From positions 1,024,001 through 1,088,000 of the forward strand of contig OX638340.1 of assembly GCA_951812955.1 (NCBI GenBank): DNA of 64,000 nucleotides. The letters run 5' to 3'. The translations under genes and the position numbers were made by a program. Positions 19,043 to 29,090 of this stretch are shown one piece after another (the stretch's first letter is position 1; each line of letters starts with the position of its first letter). The notes under the pieces were generated by a model. That model did no database searches and had not been told where the DNA came from. It worked only from the letters and a program-made list of their open reading frames with translations. Source of the stretch: an uncultured Gemmatimonadota bacterium (lineage in GTDB: Bacteria; JAAXHH01).

Positions 19043-20048
19043 CGTGATCACGAGCGAAGAAGCGCTGATCGACCAGATGACGACCCCATCACGGCCGGTA
19101 GTCCAGGCGGTATCGGCACTGGATGGGGATGTGTTGATCCTGGGGGCCGGCGGTAAGATGGGGCCGACACTCGCGGAACTCCTCGTTAGGGCCGGCGCGC
19201 GGCGCGTGATCGGGATATCGCGGTTCAGCGACGCGAAGGTCAGGACATCCCTCGAGGAAGCGGGCGTGGAGACCATCCAGGCGGACCTGCTAAGCGAGCA
19301 AGACCTGGGCCGTCTCCCGGATGCGCCGTACGTCCTCTTACTAGCGGGATTCAAGTTCGGCGCCACGGGAAACTCGCCCATGACGTGGGCGATGAACACA
19401 TGGCTTCCCGGCCGTATCATGCAGCGGTATGCCGAATCCCGTGTAGTCTACGTCAGTTCCGGCAACGTATACGCCTATTCGCCGGTCATGGCAGGCGGTT
19501 CCGACGAGGAAGCCGAAATCGGGCCGGTGGGTGAATACGCCCAGTCCCGACTGGGTGGTGAACGCATTGCGGAGCACCTTAGCGTCGAGCAAGGCACTCC
19601 GCTGCTTATCGTGCGACTGTTTTACGCCACGGAGCTGCGCTACGGCATCATGCACGACCTGGGCCGGAAAATCCACGAAGACGTGCCGATCGACCTGGCC
19701 ATGGGTCATGTAAACCAGATCTGGCAGGGGGACGCGAACAGCTACCTTGCCCGCATGTTCCCGTTCTGCAGCAGTCCCGCCACGATCCTGAACCTGACGG
19801 GACCGGACATCCTCTCCGTTCGGTCGGTGTCCGAGATGCTTGGCCGTCGACTCGAAAGAAAGCCGCAGTTTACGGGCCACGAGAGCGAAACGGCGCTGCT
19901 TGGCGACGCCCGCAGACTTTTCGACAAGCTGGGCAAGCCTGAGATACCGGTGGAAAGGATCGCGGACTGGGTTGCCCACTGGCTCCGCACTGGTGGCCGA
20001 AGCCTGGATAAACCGACCGGCTACGAATCGCGCTCCGGACGTTTCTGA
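19035..20048 (+). CDS. NAD-dependent epimerase/dehydratase family protein
   Basis: Start MPDVITSEE overlaps upstream stop (ATGCCTGA); Rossmann LILGAGGKMG. Confidence 0.7.
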   Translation: MPDVITSEEALIDQMTTPSRPVVQAVSALDGDVLILGAGGKMGPTLAELLVRAGARRVIGISRFSDAKVRTSLEEAGVETIQADLLSEQDLGRLPDAPYVLLLAGFKFGATGNSPMTWAMNTWLPGRIMQRYAESRVVYVSSGNVYAYSPVMAGGSDEEAEIGPVGEYAQSRLGGERIAEHLSVEQGTPLLIVRLFYATELRYGIMHDLGRKIHEDVPIDLAMGHVNQIWQGDANSYLARMFPFCSSPATILNLTGPDILSVRSVSEMLGRRLERKPQFTGHESETALLGDARRLFDKLGKPEIPVERIADWVAHWLRTGGRSLDKPTGYESRSGRF

Positions 20049-20105
20049 GCGTGAGTGCCGTTTAACCAGGGAAGCGAATATGGGATCCGATTCCCCATAC
20101 CATAT

Positions 20106-20151
20106 GGATACTCGGCCGCGGACGCCTGGCCGCGGATGCTCGGCCGCGGGA
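20106..20151 (+). repeat. 3 x GGCCGCGG-core direct repeats at 14-bp spacing upstream of dapA-like gene, preceded by CCATATGG palindrome
   Basis: GGCCGCGG at 20114-20121, 20128-20135, 20142-20149; CCATATGG 20100-20107. Confidence 0.8.
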
Positions 20152-20184
20152 TGAATTGAAAACGTACGTTTCCGGAGATTACTC

Positions 20185-21246
20185 ATGCATGACGTTATGC
20201 CCCCGGCAGTCCGGGCTGCTTTGAAACAGGGCGTGGTTATCCCGGCCCATCCCCTGGCAGTCACGGCAGACAGAATGCTGGACGAGCGCCGCCAGCGTGC
20301 GCTCACGCGGTACTACCTCGCTGCCGGTGCCGGTGGCCTTGCCGTGGGCGTTCATACGACCCAGTTCGAGATCCGGGATCCGACGTACGGACTCTACGAT
20401 CCGGTGCTGGGGCTTACCGCGGAGATCATGGACCGGGAAGCACCGGCGGATTTCATCCGGATCGCCGGGATCTGTGGACGGACGGCGCAGGCGACCGGCG
20501 AGGCGGAAACGGCAAGATCCCTTGGCTACCATGCCGGCCTGCTCAGCCTGACCGCCATGGGCGGCGCCACGGACGACGAACTTATCGCGCACTGCCGGGC
20601 CGTGGCCGACGCCATACCCGTCATGGGGTTCTACCTGCAGCCGTCTGTCGGCGGCCTGGTGCTCCCCTTCCGTTTCTGGCGGCGATTCGTGGAACTGGAA
20701 GGGGTCGTGGCCATAAAGATCGCGGCGTTCAACCGGTATCACACGCTCGACGTGCTCAGGGCACTGGCGGAATCCGGCAGGCACGAGGAGATCGCGCTCT
20801 ACACCGGAAACGACGACAACATCGTGATGGATCTCCTGACGGAGCACGCATTCCAGTGCGGAGACGCGCGCCGGTCGGTACGGTTCAGGGGCGGGCTGCT
20901 TGGTCACTGGGCTGTATGGACCCGGGGAGCTGTGGAGTTGCTGCGGGCGTGTCAGGCCGTCTCGACATCCTGCGAGGCGGTACCCCAGAACCTGCTGACC
21001 CGATCGATCGAGGTCACGGACTGCAACGCGGCATTCTTCGATCCTGCCCATGGTTTTGCCGGGTGCATCCCCGGGATTCACGAGGTGCTGCGCAGGCAGG
21101 GACTGCTCGAAGGCAACTGGTGCTTAAATCCCGAAGAGACCCTTTCGCCCGGCCAGTACGAGGAGATAGACCGGGTTTACCGCGCTTATCCCCATCTGAA
21201 CGACGACGCGTTCGTCGCAGAACACCGGGACGACTGGCTCAGATGA
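20185..21246 (+). CDS. dihydrodipicolinate synthase/N-acetylneuraminate lyase-like class I aldolase family protein
   Basis: 353 aa; TIM-barrel DapA-like family pattern (VVIPAHPLAVTADRMLDERRQRALTRYY). Confidence 0.65.
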   Translation: MHDVMPPAVRAALKQGVVIPAHPLAVTADRMLDERRQRALTRYYLAAGAGGLAVGVHTTQFEIRDPTYGLYDPVLGLTAEIMDREAPADFIRIAGICGRTAQATGEAETARSLGYHAGLLSLTAMGGATDDELIAHCRAVADAIPVMGFYLQPSVGGLVLPFRFWRRFVELEGVVAIKIAAFNRYHTLDVLRALAESGRHEEIALYTGNDDNIVMDLLTEHAFQCGDARRSVRFRGGLLGHWAVWTRGAVELLRACQAVSTSCEAVPQNLLTRSIEVTDCNAAFFDPAHGFAGCIPGIHEVLRRQGLLEGNWCLNPEETLSPGQYEEIDRVYRAYPHLNDDAFVAEHRDDWLR

Positions 21247-21278
21247 ATGCACAGTAGAAAACCTCATCCGCATGACGG

Positions 21279-22427
21279 ATGCTTGAACCGCCGGAAACGG
21301 AGCAGAACATGAAGATAACCCGCATTGAAACCATTCCTGTCGAAGTGCCACTCAAGCAGGGCATGACCACGAAAACCGCTCACGGCGAACATATCGTCTC
21401 CCCTTACGTCATACTCAGGGTGCATACGGACGAGGGGCTGACCGGGTTGGGCGAAGCCACGGTCGCGCCGCGCTGGAGCGGAGAAACGTCCGCGTCCTGT
21501 ACAGCTGCGATCCGGGATCTGGTGGATCCCGCGCTGAAGGGGGAGGATCCGGCTGACGTGAACCGGCTTTGCGGAGTCATGGACGAGGTCGTCAAGCTGA
21601 ACCCCTTCACCAAGGCGGGCGTGGAGATGGCCCTTTGGGACCTGGCGGGCAAGCATGCGGGGAAGCCTCTCTATCAATTGCTGGGCGGAAAGGTCCGGCA
21701 AGAGATTCCAATGAAGATGGTGGTCGGCGCCTTTGACGTGCCGACTTCGGTTGCCCTGGCGGAGAAATTCCTGCAGTGGGGTGTGCAGTGTCTCAAGGTC
21801 AAAGTCGGGCTGGATCCCGGGGAGGATCTCGAACGCGTCCGCGCGGTCCGCGCGCTGGCCGGCCCCGACATCCGTATGAGCATCGACGCGAATTGCGGGT
21901 GGCCGCCGGCCGTTGCGCGACGCATGTTGCATCTCCTCGAGCCATTGGACATCCTGTTCGCAGAGCAGCCCATGGCACCGCAGTTCGACGATGAAGCGGC
22001 CCTGATCAGAACGGGCACGACCATCCCCATCATGGCCGACGAGAGCGTCTTCACCCCGCACGACGCCATGCAGACCGCACTGCGCCGATCGGCGGACATC
22101 ATCAGCGTATATCCGGGCAAGAACGGAGGGATCGGACAGACGCTGGGCATCTCGCACGTGGCCAGCGCGGCGGGACTGCGCTGTCACATGGGCAGCAATC
22201 TCGAGTTGGGGATCGCCACGGCGGCCATGCTCCACGTGGCGGCCAGCGTGGAACCCATCGACAGTGAGACCTATCCCGGCGACCTGCTCGGTCCGCTGTA
22301 CCACGAAGGCGATATGATCGAGACGCCGCTGGAACTCGGCCCCGTCCATGCGAGCGTACCCGAAGGACCCGGTCTCGGAGTCACCCTGGATGAAGCACAG
22401 ATCGAACGCTGGAAAGACGCGTCATGA
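21279..22427 (+). CDS. mandelate racemase/muconate lactonizing enzyme (enolase superfamily) protein
   Basis: 382 aa; MKITRIETIPV..., KVKVG, metal ligands D/E/D pattern (SIDANCGW, FAEQP, MADES). Confidence 0.8.
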   Translation: MLEPPETEQNMKITRIETIPVEVPLKQGMTTKTAHGEHIVSPYVILRVHTDEGLTGLGEATVAPRWSGETSASCTAAIRDLVDPALKGEDPADVNRLCGVMDEVVKLNPFTKAGVEMALWDLAGKHAGKPLYQLLGGKVRQEIPMKMVVGAFDVPTSVALAEKFLQWGVQCLKVKVGLDPGEDLERVRAVRALAGPDIRMSIDANCGWPPAVARRMLHLLEPLDILFAEQPMAPQFDDEAALIRTGTTIPIMADESVFTPHDAMQTALRRSADIISVYPGKNGGIGQTLGISHVASAAGLRCHMGSNLELGIATAAMLHVAASVEPIDSETYPGDLLGPLYHEGDMIETPLELGPVHASVPEGPGLGVTLDEAQIERWKDAS

Positions 22428-22441
22428 CCGGCTGTTCGAAC

Positions 22442-22513
22442 GGAATCCCACCCATGACCGGATCCGCATGCATGACCGGAATCCCACCTATGACCGGATC
22501 CACACGCATGACC
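22442..22513 (+). repeat. 4 x 18-bp tandem repeat (GGAATCCCACCCATGACC / GGATCCGCATGCATGACC / GGAATCCCACCTATGACC / GGATCCACACGCATGACC) between enolase-family gene and Gfo/Idh/MocA gene
   Basis: read directly; CATGACC core recurs 5 times from the stop codon of the upstream gene. Confidence 0.85.
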
Positions 22514-22589
22514 GTTACGCGCGGCACGATACACAGTTACGAGCATAGCGCCAACCTAGAAGCAGTACCAAACTACAGAAAGGACAGCC

Positions 22590-23648
22590 ATGGCTGACGA
22601 ACGGACCTACAAGGCTTGCGTGGTGGGCCTGAGCGGCATCGGGGCGGGGCAGCCCCCGGTCGACGGCGACCACGGAATGGGCCAAGAAATGCCTAACCGG
22701 CACGTACCGGCCTATGCCCTCCTGCCGTTTACGGAGGTGGTCGGTGTATGTGACCTGAAAGAAGACCTCCTGCAGGAAACCATGGATGATTGGTCGGGTA
22801 CCTTCCCGGGATTGCGGGGATTCGCGGACTACAGGGAGATGCTTGAAGCCTGCAAACCGGATATACTGAGCGTAGTAACATCGGACCACCGCCACGCGGA
22901 CATCGTCGTGGACGGAGTCGCGGCGGGCGTTCGGGGCATCTATTGCGAGAAACCGATTGCGACCTCACTTGCGGATGCCGACCGCATGATCGCCGCGGTG
23001 GAAAGCCGGAACGTGCCCATGAACATCAACCACACCCGCCGCTGGGGAGCGGTATACCGGGAAGTCAGGAAGCTGCTCGACGAAGGCGCGATCGGCGAGC
23101 TGAAACGCATCACGCTGAATTTCGGCGGCCCCCGGGCCATTCTTTTCCGCAACGGCACCCACATGATCGACATGGCCTGCTACCTCGCGGGATCGGAACC
23201 CGCGTGGGTTTTCGCCGAACTCGACGAAGGCTACGAGGACTACTGGCCCTACCAGGGCGATGGCGGAAGGAACGCGGACCTGGAGCCGGGCTGCTCCGGT
23301 TTCATCCATTTCAAGAACGGCGTGCGTGCATTTTACAACGGTTCCAAGGGAATGGAATGCCGTGGAGGTTACCAGCTGGACGGTACCGACGGATGGATGT
23401 TCGTTCACGAGGACTATTACGAGCTCGACACGGGTAAAGGTATCCAGACTGTCGCTCCCAAGGGTCCGACCCATTACTACTCCGTCGCGGCTATCCGGGA
23501 CCTCGTCCACGTCATGGAACACGGAGGTGAGACCATTTCACCTCCCCGCGCCGCCCGGAATACCCTGGAGATCATCCTGGGGTTTCTCGCATCACAGAAG
23601 CACGGCAACGTACGCATAGATTTCCCGCTGGACGAGAACACCGTATAG
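22590..23648 (+). CDS. Gfo/Idh/MocA family oxidoreductase
   Basis: 352 aa; N-terminal Rossmann CVVGLSGIGAG, EKP motif GIYCEKP. Confidence 0.8.
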   Translation: MADERTYKACVVGLSGIGAGQPPVDGDHGMGQEMPNRHVPAYALLPFTEVVGVCDLKEDLLQETMDDWSGTFPGLRGFADYREMLEACKPDILSVVTSDHRHADIVVDGVAAGVRGIYCEKPIATSLADADRMIAAVESRNVPMNINHTRRWGAVYREVRKLLDEGAIGELKRITLNFGGPRAILFRNGTHMIDMACYLAGSEPAWVFAELDEGYEDYWPYQGDGGRNADLEPGCSGFIHFKNGVRAFYNGSKGMECRGGYQLDGTDGWMFVHEDYYELDTGKGIQTVAPKGPTHYYSVAAIRDLVHVMEHGGETISPPRAARNTLEIILGFLASQKHGNVRIDFPLDENTV

Positions 23649-23671
23649 CCTTCCACGAGCGGTAACTTCCC

Positions 23672-25714
23672 ATGAGCGTTCGCATCGCCATCGACACGGG
23701 CGGCACGTTTACAGACCTTGTATTGTCCGACCCCGACACGGGCCGGCTGGTCTTTCACAAGGTGCCGAGTACGCCCGCCGATCCGAGCCGGGCACTGGTG
23801 GAAGGTGTCAAAGGGCTCGTCGACCGGGCCGGCGTCGGCACTGCCGAAATCCTGTTTCTGATTCACGGTACCACGGTGGCCACCAATACGATCCTTCAGC
23901 GGAAGGGGGCCCATACCGCCTTCATCACCACCGAAGGGTTCCGGGACGTGCTCCACATCCAGCGGCAGGACCGCCCCCACCTGTACAACATGCGCATCCG
24001 CCGGACCCCGGCCCTCGTACCCCGCTCACTGCGATATGAGCTGCCCGAACGGACCCTGCACGACGGGTCGGAAGCGGCGCCGATAGACCAAGATCGACTT
24101 GGCAGCCTCGTGGCGGCACTCAGGGAGGAAGGCATCGAAGCCGTCGGCGTCGGGTTTCTCCACAGTCACATCGATCCCGGTCACGAACAATCGGCAGGCG
24201 AAGTGCTGCGGCGGGCACTGCCCGAAACCACAGTCTGCCTCTCCTCCGACATGAGTCGTGAAGAAGGCGAATACGAACGGTTCAGTACTTGCGTCATGAA
24301 CGCCTACGTGCAGCCCATCATGACGAACTACCTGAAGAAGGTGGACGATGCCCTTTCCAAGGCATCCATCGAGGCGCCGCTGTATGTCATGAAATCCAAT
24401 GGCGGGGTCACCTCGGCCCGGGACGCAGCGGATCACTGCGTGCATACGATTCTTTCAGGTCCGGCCGGGGGTGTCGTGGCCGGCGAGGAAATCGGAAGGC
24501 GGCTCGACCGGCCAAACGTCATCACCGCCGACATGGGGGGAACAAGTTTCGACGTGGCGATGATATATGAACGCAACATAGCTTTCGCGAAGAACGCGGA
24601 GATCGACGGCCTGGCCCTCAAAGCCCCCATGATGGACATCCATACGATTGGCGCAGGCGGTGGCAGCATCGCATGGATCGATTCGGGCGGCGCCCTGAGG
24701 GTGGGCCCGCAATCGGCAGGGGCGGAGCCGGGTCCCGCCTGCTACGGCGCCGGCGGTTCCGAACCCACCGTGACAGACGCGAACCTGGTGCTGGGCCGGC
24801 TCTCCACGGACAGTCTGCTGGGCGGCGCGCTGTCGCTGGATTCCGAAACCGCGCGTCGGGTGATCGACGAGAAAATCGCGGCCAGTCTGCAATGCACGGT
24901 GGAGGAGGCCGCCGAAGGGATCATCCGGGTGATCAACGCCTCCATGACGGCGGCCATCCGGAAGCTCACCGTGGAACGGGGGTACGATCCCCGCCTCTTT
25001 ACGCTGGTTCCCTTCGGCGGCGCAGGACCGCTCCATGGTACCGCTCTTGCCCGGGAACTGGGCATACGCGACGTGGTGGTACCGCTCGCGCCCGGGGTCG
25101 CTTCGGCCGAGGGCCTCGTTTTTTCGAACCTGCGTTCGGACCGGATCCAGACCCACGTAGAACTGCTGGATCGACTCGGGGCTTCGGAATTCGAGAAGAT
25201 GCTGGAAGAACTGACCGTACAGGCGGAAGGGGATCTGTCTACTTCGTCGGCTACAGGCCATCCGGTCATCAGCCGGCGCGCGGGCCTGCGATACGCAGGT
25301 CAGGGGTACGATATTCCCATCGACCTGCCCGAGGGCGCCGCCGACCTCGCCTTGCTCGAATCGGCCTTTCACCTCGAGCACGAGCGCCAGTACGGATTCG
25401 CGCGGCGTGATCAACGGGTTCAACTCGTCAACCTGTGGGTGTCTGCGGAACTGGTGATTTCGGGCAGCCGGCGTGATACCGCCGAACGAGCCGTGCCGGA
25501 TCGACCCAAACCACCTACCATGCGGCCCGTGTATCTTTCAGGCAACTGGATCGAAACAGCCGTGTTTGACCGTACCGCACTGCGCAGCGGCCAACAGATC
25601 GACGGACCGGCCATCATCGAACAGCTTGATTCCACGACACTGATCTGGCCCGGTGAGCACGCAGGAATCGATGCCTGGGATCAGATCGTCATTGCCGGAC
25701 TGGAAAACCCATGA
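23672..25714 (+). CDS. hyuA: hydantoinase/oxoprolinase A subunit family (HyuA-like) ATP-dependent hydrolase/carboxylase component
   Basis: 680 aa; MSVRIAIDTGGTFTDLVL N-terminus characteristic of hydantoinase A. Confidence 0.85.
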   Translation: MSVRIAIDTGGTFTDLVLSDPDTGRLVFHKVPSTPADPSRALVEGVKGLVDRAGVGTAEILFLIHGTTVATNTILQRKGAHTAFITTEGFRDVLHIQRQDRPHLYNMRIRRTPALVPRSLRYELPERTLHDGSEAAPIDQDRLGSLVAALREEGIEAVGVGFLHSHIDPGHEQSAGEVLRRALPETTVCLSSDMSREEGEYERFSTCVMNAYVQPIMTNYLKKVDDALSKASIEAPLYVMKSNGGVTSARDAADHCVHTILSGPAGGVVAGEEIGRRLDRPNVITADMGGTSFDVAMIYERNIAFAKNAEIDGLALKAPMMDIHTIGAGGGSIAWIDSGGALRVGPQSAGAEPGPACYGAGGSEPTVTDANLVLGRLSTDSLLGGALSLDSETARRVIDEKIAASLQCTVEEAAEGIIRVINASMTAAIRKLTVERGYDPRLFTLVPFGGAGPLHGTALARELGIRDVVVPLAPGVASAEGLVFSNLRSDRIQTHVELLDRLGASEFEKMLEELTVQAEGDLSTSSATGHPVISRRAGLRYAGQGYDIPIDLPEGAADLALLESAFHLEHERQYGFARRDQRVQLVNLWVSAELVISGSRRDTAERAVPDRPKPPTMRPVYLSGNWIETAVFDRTALRSGQQIDGPAIIEQLDSTTLIWPGEHAGIDAWDQIVIAGLENP

Positions 25715-27390
25715 AGACCGACCCCATCACCCTGGAACTGATGCGCAACCGGTGGACCGGCATCGCGGAGGAAATGTGCGCCGCGCTGATCCGCACCAGT
25801 TACTCCACCAATATCAAGGACCGGCGCGACTGTTCCGCGGCCATCGTGCAGCCCACGGGGGAGATCCTGGCCCAGGCCGAGTCGGGCGTCCCCTTACACC
25901 TGGGCGTGATGCCAGGCGTGGTGAAGTCCATCCTGGAAGTCTATCCCGTGTCGGCCATGAAGCCTGGAGACGTCTACATCACGAACCTGCCGTATCCCGA
26001 AGGACCGGGCCATCTGCCGGATGTTTCCCTGGTATCCGCCATATTCTATGAAAACCGCGCGGTCGCACTGGCGGCATCCACCGCCCATCACGTGGACATG
26101 GGCGGGTTCGCACCGGGCAGCATGCCCTTCGGCGTGACGGAAATCTACCAGGAGGGCCTGCAGATCCCCCCGCTCCCCATTTTCAAGGGCGGACAGCTTG
26201 ACGAAGATATCTACAAGTTGATCAACCAGAACGTGCGGACGCAGTACGAGGTGCGGGGCGACCTGATGGCCCAGTACGCCTGCGCACAGATCGGCCAGCA
26301 GAGGGTAAGCGAACTCATGTCCAGGGAGTCGCCCGAAGAAGTAATCCACTACATGGACGAGATCCAGGACTACGCGGAACGACGGATGCGGGCGGGGATA
26401 GGGACCCTGCCCGACGGCGAGTACACCTTCGAGGACTACCTGGACGACGACGGCGTCACCGATACGCCAGTGAAGATCGCGGTCGCCCTGACCGTCTCGG
26501 GCGACGAACTGCGCGCGGACTTTTCGGGTTGCAGCGACCAGGTTCTGGGTCCGCTGAACGCGCGGCTGCCGGCGGCCGCTTCCTGCATAAGCTACGTGTG
26601 CAAGGCGGTGATCGATCCGGACCTGCCCGCGTGTGCCGGGGCGTACCGGCCCCTGGACATCTTCGCCCCCGAGGGATCCATCCTGCAGGCTACCTATCCG
26701 GCGGCCATCGGGAACGCCAACATCCTGACGGACCAGCGGGTCGTGGACGTGCTGATGGGCGCGCTGTACCAGGCCGCGCCCGACCGCGTATGCGCGGCCT
26801 GCAGCGGGGAGATGAACCTGGTAAATATCGGCGGAATCGATCCTGCTTCCGGGGAGTACTACAACTACGTGGAAACCTACGCCGGTGGGCAGGGCGCCAT
26901 GTTCGACATCGACGGAGAGGACGGCGTGCACACGCACCTCACCAACACACGGAACGCGCCGGTCGAAATCATGGAACGTACCTACCCGCTGCGGGTCGAG
27001 CGGTACGGCCTGATCCCGGATACGGAGGGGCCCGGCCGCCAGCGCGGAGGCTGCGGGATGATGCGGGAGCTGAAGTGCCTGGGTGAACGCACCATCATCA
27101 CCCTGGGTTCAGACCGCCGGAAGTTCACGCCCTGGGGGCTCGAAGGCGGCGGCAATGCGTCGGGCGCCCACTGTTACGTGATCGACAACGAAGGGCAGGT
27201 CAGGGAGATCCCTACCAAGGCCCATACCGAGCTTTACAGGGACGACGTCCTGCGGATCGAAACCCCCGGCGGCGGTGGCTGGGGAGACCCGGCCGAACGG
27301 GTCCGGGAGAAAGTGGAAGAGGATGTGCGAAACGAGCTCATTGGCCCGGAACGGGCGAGCGGACACTACAGATGGGGGAAGGATCAGTAA
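25711..27390 (+). CDS. hyuB: hydantoinase B/oxoprolinase family (HyuB-like)
   Basis: 559 aa; ATGA overlap with hyuA; MKTDPITLELMRNRW...IRTSYSTNIKDRRDCS characteristic. Confidence 0.85.
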   Translation: MKTDPITLELMRNRWTGIAEEMCAALIRTSYSTNIKDRRDCSAAIVQPTGEILAQAESGVPLHLGVMPGVVKSILEVYPVSAMKPGDVYITNLPYPEGPGHLPDVSLVSAIFYENRAVALAASTAHHVDMGGFAPGSMPFGVTEIYQEGLQIPPLPIFKGGQLDEDIYKLINQNVRTQYEVRGDLMAQYACAQIGQQRVSELMSRESPEEVIHYMDEIQDYAERRMRAGIGTLPDGEYTFEDYLDDDGVTDTPVKIAVALTVSGDELRADFSGCSDQVLGPLNARLPAAASCISYVCKAVIDPDLPACAGAYRPLDIFAPEGSILQATYPAAIGNANILTDQRVVDVLMGALYQAAPDRVCAACSGEMNLVNIGGIDPASGEYYNYVETYAGGQGAMFDIDGEDGVHTHLTNTRNAPVEIMERTYPLRVERYGLIPDTEGPGRQRGGCGMMRELKCLGERTIITLGSDRRKFTPWGLEGGGNASGAHCYVIDNEGQVREIPTKAHTELYRDDVLRIETPGGGGWGDPAERVREKVEEDVRNELIGPERASGHYRWGKDQ

Positions 27391-27465
27391 CCAGACGGAC
27401 GGTTCGAAACTGAAAGTATGGACCTCGATGAAACCGTCGTTTAGGCGGGACGGCACGGGACGGCC

Positions 27466-28845
27466 ATGGTTAATGGAACCATACCAAAACGTATAGCCAT
27501 TATCGGCGGTGGGATATCCGGGCTGGGCGCAGCGTGGGCGTTGAATCAACATCCAGACCGGTTCGATTTCCGTATTTACGAAGCCCGGGAGCAGGTGGGC
27601 GGAAACGCAATCACCGCCGACATGCCGCAGGATGACGGCGGTTCCATTCCCTTCGACATTTCCGTCACCGCACTGATCCCATCGGTCTATCACCACATCC
27701 TGTTGTTGATGCGGAAGTTCGGCATCGAACTGCTCGATACCCGGTTCAACTACAGCGTGAAATACCATGGGCAGGTATACGCCCACGATTTCGACTCCGC
27801 CATCAGAAGGCAGCTGCAACCGGAGATTGTCCGGTTTCAACGGCTCCTGAAGCGTCTTCACCGGCTCGGCTGGCTGACCCATTCCCGGTCGAGGCTCGTC
27901 AACGCGCTCAATCCCTTAAATTACGTCAGCATGGGGACCGTGCTCAACCTGGGCGGTTTTTCAGGGGACTTCAGGTTCAAGATCCTGAAGCCCATGTTCG
28001 TCAATTTCCTGATGGCGACGAACGTGTTCGATATGCCCGCGTCGCTTTTTGCGCGGTACCTGGAGTTCTTCGATATCGAATCTGCGACGCCCATGCAGAC
28101 GTGGGACCAGGGCACGCGTCGTATCTACGAGCACCTTTCAGCCGGTTTCCGGGACAGGATATACCTCGGCCGGCCCGTACGAAAAGTGTACCGACGGCCG
28201 AACTGTGTCGTGATCGAGGATCCGGACGGAGTAGAGGAGACGTTCGACGAGGTGATCTTCGCCTGCAACGCGAACCAGACGCTGATGCTGCTCGACCGGC
28301 CCACGTTTCTGGAGCGGTACATTCTGTCGTCGATCCGTTATGAAAGCGAACTCCACAACCACACGGTCGTGCATTCGGACGCCTCCGTCCTGCCGGAGAA
28401 CGAAGTGAAACCGCTGGAGACGCGGAGCAATCATATTGAACAGTACGGGGCCAGGCCGGACAACTATGAAATAACCTACATCATGCACAACCAGCAGCCA
28501 TGGGCCAACCGGTCCGACAAACCCTGCCTGGTGACCTATAACCCGGTCACGCCCATCGACGAACGGAAGATCGTCAAGAAGTGGTGGTTCCAGCACATCG
28601 TGCATGATGTGCGCCATGTCGCCTGGCTCATCCATCTGTTCCGTTTCATCCAGGGCAGACGGCGGACCTGGCACTGCGGTGCCCATACCCTGATGAACAG
28701 CCAGGAAACCTGCTTTGTAACGGGACTCGCCGCGGCCTCGCAGATCGGCGCTGAATATCCCTTCAAAGACCCCCTGGCCAGGCGCATGTTCAATTATTAC
28801 GGAAGAATTCTGCACGGCTGGCGTTTCCGGAAGGCGAGAGGTTGA
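27466..28845 (+). CDS. NAD(P)/FAD-dependent oxidoreductase (amine-oxidase-like; resembles the FAD proteins encoded next to cyclopropane-fatty-acid synthase genes)
   Basis: 459 aa; dinucleotide-binding RIAIIGGGISGLGAAW...YEAREQVGGN. Confidence 0.65.
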   Translation: MVNGTIPKRIAIIGGGISGLGAAWALNQHPDRFDFRIYEAREQVGGNAITADMPQDDGGSIPFDISVTALIPSVYHHILLLMRKFGIELLDTRFNYSVKYHGQVYAHDFDSAIRRQLQPEIVRFQRLLKRLHRLGWLTHSRSRLVNALNPLNYVSMGTVLNLGGFSGDFRFKILKPMFVNFLMATNVFDMPASLFARYLEFFDIESATPMQTWDQGTRRIYEHLSAGFRDRIYLGRPVRKVYRRPNCVVIEDPDGVEETFDEVIFACNANQTLMLLDRPTFLERYILSSIRYESELHNHTVVHSDASVLPENEVKPLETRSNHIEQYGARPDNYEITYIMHNQQPWANRSDKPCLVTYNPVTPIDERKIVKKWWFQHIVHDVRHVAWLIHLFRFIQGRRRTWHCGAHTLMNSQETCFVTGLAAASQIGAEYPFKDPLARRMFNYYGRILHGWRFRKARG

Positions 28846-29090
28846 AAACCGCACCGGGTGACAGGGCTTCTACTGTCCAGTCAACATGCACCGAACGACG
28901 GAAATCCCGCGCGTATCTGCGCCGCCGCATTCCCCGCTACACCTGTTCGGGCCAAATCCTGCTTGTCGCGTTAATGCCTTGTAGTTATCATACTTACAGT
29001 GTGGAACACTATAGCGTTTCTTGACCCCTGCGGCCCTTCGATACCCGGACGAATTCACCGGCGCCGAGGAGGATCACGGAAGGACTGGAT

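Noticed and set aside
22442-22513. Possible CRISPR array
   Set aside because: Units are contiguous with no unique spacers, period is 18 bp, only 4 copies, and no cas genes are present.
22348-22548. 66-aa ORF rich in His/Asp/Arg spanning the 18-bp repeat array
   Set aside because: Its periodic sequence (HDR...HDR) is simply the translated tandem repeat; it overlaps the upstream gene end.
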